Shown here: one piece after another, positions 59,246 to 64,000 of the stretch | Position numbering within the stretch: position 1 is the first letter of the stretch | Layout of the letters: every line of letters begins with the position of its first letter | DNA from: Mytilus edulis | Lineage: Eukaryota | Reading direction: 5' to 3' | Length of the DNA: 64,000 nucleotides | NCBI RefSeq assembly: GCF_963676685.1 | Contig: NC_092351.1 | Span: 64,170,001-64,234,000 of the forward strand | Translations under genes and position numbers: made by a program | Notes under the pieces: generated by a model | The model's input: the letters and a program-made list of their open reading frames with translations, nothing else | Databases searched by the model: none | Told to the model about the DNA's origin: nothing

Positions 59246-62200
59246 TATCTTGATAATCCACTTTCTGAAATTAAATCAAAGACGGTACTCATTCTTTTTT
59301 TTATAATATATTTTATGAAACAGAAAAAAGTGGTTTATTTTCTGCAAGTCAGTCTTTGGTTATCTCACATAAAAATTGAACACATTTGTGCAAAATTTCT
59401 TTCCATGCAAAAAAATCAGTGATTCTTTGATTTTATATCTCTATCCATAACTATATTTTATTCAAATGGTATCTTTTATGGAAATATCTAATGGCTAATC
59501 GCATCTGCTGATGTAAGGAAGGATGCATGGCTATCTCTGCATTGCAAAAATGAAAAATTGAAAAAATTGAAAAAGGCGATTATCTCTCCTTGACCATCAT
59601 GTACAATGGATAAAAAAAAAAAATGAAATCTTTAAAGATAGGCTATGTGATTTTTTTAATGAAACAGTAATCCAACATTAATAAAAGATCAAAAGAGTTA
59701 GATGTCAGCAAACTGTCTTCATTTGCAACTGTTTGGGTAAAAATAAAATTGATGCCAATCTCAACTTTGAAAATATGAAAAAGTCGATTATCTCCCCTTG
59801 ACCATCATATACACCAGAACGCAGGTGAAATTTTTAATGAAAAAGTAATCCATCACCAATATAAGATGAAAAGAGTTGGGGGTCAGCAAACCGCCTTCAT
59901 TTGCAACTAGTTGGGTAAAAAAAAAATTATAATGTGGACATGTCATGCATGTTGATTTTGAGTGATACATTATACACAAATTTCAATGGATTTTATTTAC
60001 CAAAAAAAATTAAAACTTGTAAGGTTTGACAAATTCTTCTTAGGAATCATGAAATTTGAATTTTGTTGAAGACCTGAAATTGTGTTTATCCATAAAAAAA
60101 AAGAGAAATTCACTGCATTATTACCCCAACAGTATTCATTCTTTTCTTTTTCATTTTTTGTAATTTGCATGTTATCATTCTGATAAATTGATTTTTGTTT
60201 GCCTAATGTCCAGTGACACATATTTCATGTATATTCAGCAAAAAATAAAAACATTACCAGCTGATACAATAGGTAGGTTTAAAAAAATGGATGAACCGCG
60301 ATGAAGCGGAGGAATTAAGAATTACTGCTGACAATGAGGGTATTTTGGTAAAATGCATACATTTTGCATTACAACTTGCAAACACAGACCCTTCCAAGAG
60401 TTGTTACAAAGGTTTCTTGAGTGACCCATTTTGAATGAAAGTGACCTTTACCTTGTAAACACAGCAACTGTAATTCAATAAGAGAATTTGTAATATATAA
60501 TTCATCAGTTGATATTGTATCCACTGTTGTTGTCATTCCAACCTTTAGCATGTTTCATTCAAAGAAATTTTAAACCAGGAACATCCCTTTAATGAAAACT
60601 ATATGGTTGATTCCAAATTTCAAAAATCCATTTAAGTTTTTATTGATGTTTGTACAAAATTAATAAAAAAAACACTTTTTTTTATAAAAATCTTCTTTTT
60701 TCTGGAAATTTTATATATTACAAAGATCAATAAGGTTGCTTTCATTGTGAACCTTCTGATCAGGAATTCTTTATTTGATTTTGTTTGTACCTACTTTTTA
60801 ATTGTCAGTTAACTAGATAACTTTTAAAATATGAAGATGTTATATGATTTAATGAGAAATTATTATGACATAGAAGTTAGCTCAAGTCTTTTCCCTTTAC
60901 TGATTTGTTCTTTAATCTTGTTCATTGCTGATCGATTTAGATTTAAAGTGTAACATCTGCAAATGTGTAGAAATCTTTTTTCTCCTGGTGGTCTTTGAAG
61001 AAAAGCTGCTGGTCCTCACTTTTTATTATAATATTGCAAAAATTACCAAAGTGCTGTTAGTCCTTTGCAAAATTGCATGTTTCTCCATATAGAATTGAGG
61101 TTGAATTGAGAAAAAGGAAAAACATGAAATCCTACCTTCATACCCTCTTTTTCATAAGGAGAAAAACCCAACACATAACTTTTTGTTTTTGGCGTATTAA
61201 TAAATTATGAGATTGCAGTGCTTTCCAAAATGCACCTTTGAAGGTGATGATTAAAAATCAATCACAATTTTCTGGAAATATCTGTTTTTTAGGGTCATGA
61301 CCTTAATGAAAGGATTAATACATCTATAATCCTACAATCTCCCCTATTCATAATGAAATGTCAGAAAATTGCCTCTTATTATTGATGATAATTGGTTAAA
61401 TTCTGCCCATTTGACTTAACTGGACACCAAAGAATCCCCAGAAATAACAAACTGGAAGCCATTTTCATTATTTACCCATAATTCAAAGGACCAACTATGA
61501 TCACTGTTTGTTTAACAATGTCCATTTCTGTCACTTTATTTACATTTGTATTATAAATGACCTAATTAATGACCCCAGTGTATTGCCAGGGAATTAAAGG
61601 GAGGTAAGCTAGAAAATTGCAACATTTATCATGATTAAGATTCTTGATCCCTTCTTTAAGTCCATCATAAATCTTTGAAATGAACAGATATTTATCTTAT
61701 GGTACAATTATTTTTCCTCACTTTCCTGAAATTTGCTAATTTCAATAACAACAATCTTGTCCTTTCCACTTTTAATTAATTTATATTGTTACAATTCCAA
61801 GAACACAATTGGCCGATCATCATTTTATTGTTTTAATTAATTTGTTGCAGACTTTTATTTTATTTTTATGGTTGTTTATTTGTTTCCAAATTAGCCAAGA
61901 TTTCACCATAGACCATTAGCTTTGACATGGAAGCCTTGTCTTGCATACATAATATTATGGTGTTCAATGGGAAGTTTATTCTAAAATTTTTAAGAGTAAA
62001 AACTGAAATCACTAAAATACTGAACTACAAGGAATCTGCAAAACGGAAAGTCCCTAATCAAATGGCAAAATCAAAAACTCAAACACATCAAACGAATGGA
62101 CAACAACCGTCATATTCCTGAATTGGTACAGGCATTTTCTTATGTAGAAAATGGTAGATTGAACCTGGTTGTATAGCTAGCTAAACCTCTGACTTGTATG

Positions 62201-62339
62201 ATAAATAGTACTTTTTTTTTTTTAGATTTGGGGAAGTTTTGATCAATGAGAGGGAAAAAAATGGTGTGGGTATCTGCATAAGTTTGAATGAAGTACTGTT
62301 TGGCAATTTAATAAAATTTAAAGTGTTTCAAAATATTAA

Positions 62340-63670
62340 GTGGTTGGGGGATCCAATAAACCATGTTAAAAACTTTTAAAAAAATCAAAAATTCAAAGAT
62401 AAAAAATACATGTTTCATTATTTAACACTATAAATAACACTTTTAGCAATTTTGCCCAAAATTTTATTATAAAAATTACTTTTTACGCTATGAACAGTTC
62501 ATTTTTGCTAAGAACACATTTTATATCCCAAGAAAGTGTTTGTCGTTTGGAAATAACCCTGGAAAGGTGACTATAAGCAAAGACACAAAGTCTGCTACGA
62601 AGGGTTAACAAGGTGTTCTGAATGTCCCGTTCAGGATAAGATTATTTAAACAGATCGGAAAACAACGGTGATGAAATCTTCTCATGTTGTGTTTAAATAC
62701 TTTGACAACTCCGTCAAAATGACCAAATTTTGCCCTCAGTCCAATAATTAGTGTTTTCGTTATTGTATCGGGTCGGCAGAGAAAGTGTTTCGCTGATGAC
62801 GAGGTCTGATAGCATTGTTAGGTAGACACGGCGGTTATTTAATTTATTGTAGCCTCACTGTAAGATAAGTGCTTTAATTCCTGTAAGACAATATATAATG
62901 ATCAAAGAAATTTTAACACGTAATTAAAAACTTTCAATTATATTGAATGATTTTGAATAGCTTCTGAAAATAACATTTCCACCTTTCTAATCACTTTGAA
63001 CTCTTGGTCAAAACTTTTAAATATTAAAGTTTAATTAAGAATGTCAAGTTGGTCCTTGAATTAAAACTATTTTCTTATTACATAACAGACTCCTGAGCAT
63101 AATAACTGTTCAACAGGTTTAAATAAGAGCAAATAAAAGAAGTAAAATGAAGTTTATAATCACTGAATCATGCAAAAAAATAATTTCAGGGGGGGGTGAT
63201 GATTTTGCTGTTACTGTAATACATTTTTGTAATAACAAAGCAGTTATATGTTTCAAAATTGCACTACTTGTAGGCTTGAGTTTTCTTAAGGATGTTTGCT
63301 TGTCATATTTTGGAATTTTTGTCAGATTTTTGAAATCCTCTGGTTTTATCCATTTGAATGCCTTAAAAAATTTTGCCCATGGACCCCCATTTTTCTTTTT
63401 ATAAATCTTTACATGTATAATTATACGCCATTTGTAAAAGTCTTACAAAATCTTATTTATTTTTTAATAGTTTTTGAGAACTTTAACTGGTCAATGATAA
63501 AGCTACGAAAAATCAAGAGAGAACATTTTCCCGCCAAAATTCCGATGGCTAATATCTCAAAAACAAGCACATTCACCCCTATATTTTTTTTGCTTTTTTT
63601 ATTCCTCAATTAATCCCCTATCAATATATACTGGAAAGCTATTTATTTTGAAACTGAGCAGCGAACTTCC
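62340..63670. mobile_element. Possible TTAA-flanked transposon remnant
   Basis: TTAA at both ends and a CpG-richer interior, but no convincing TIR. Confidence 0.3.
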
Positions 63671-64000
63671 TTAATAAGGTTGCTGTCTCACCTGATTGAG
63701 TACTAGAATATTCTAAACTGTGGAATAAGTTTATAATCAGGATTCAAAGTTGGTAATAGATATGAAAATAGATTATTGGAGAATTCTTTTTAAATACACA
63801 ACAACAAGCTTTCAAACAATATAATCAGTTCTAAAAATCTATTTAATGGATCCGATCCTGAGTTTCTTACAGAAAATATATTATTAATTAAAAATCATTC
63901 ATCTTTTGGTATTGTGATTATTTATTGACACATAATGAACACTGACTTTTAAATTTGTGAGTTTTGGGTGACTAAATCCTGAACATGCATGAAGTATATG

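Noticed and set aside
60452-60551. Possible minus-strand exon (MLKVGMTTTVDT...LQ|gtaaag) nested in a NAXD intron
   Set aside because: No recognisable homology or partner exons
57001-64000. NAXD exon 8
   Set aside because: No segment encoding the expected ..VTVVQKG..D motif was found; the acceptor-like site at 62225 meets a stop; the exon is presumed to lie beyond the window

Overview
AT-rich animal genomic DNA. The repeat content and ~350-bp hammerhead repeats suggest a bivalve mollusc, probably a Mytilus-like mussel (inference). The backbone is two housekeeping genes arranged head-to-head with start codons only 153 bp apart: a complete 14-exon CCDC138 on the minus strand (47169 to 14459, 572 aa, reconstructed by hand with consistent splice phases) and the first 7 exons of NAXD/CARKD on the plus strand (47323 to 57000, continuing beyond the window). 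The 16.4-kb fifth intron of CCDC138 holds three intact single-coding-exon RING-less TRIM-like genes (B-box1, B-box2, coiled coil, beta-propeller) on the opposite strand. A fourth intact copy (873-2957) lies in a ~4.8-kb duplicate of the intron-5/exon-5 region; it carried along an intact orphan CCDC138 exon and gained a 93-bp acidic tandem expansion. A fifth copy is a pseudogene (8746-10447). The same intron contains a ~351-bp tandem type-I hammerhead-ribozyme (retrozyme) repeat with an antisense hammerhead-like segment. The rest is a decayed LINE, tRNA-SINEs, many non-autonomous DNA transposons (several with visible TIRs and TSDs), Helentron-like elements carrying tandem arrays, and palindromes. 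Identities quoted are hand counts or eye estimates.
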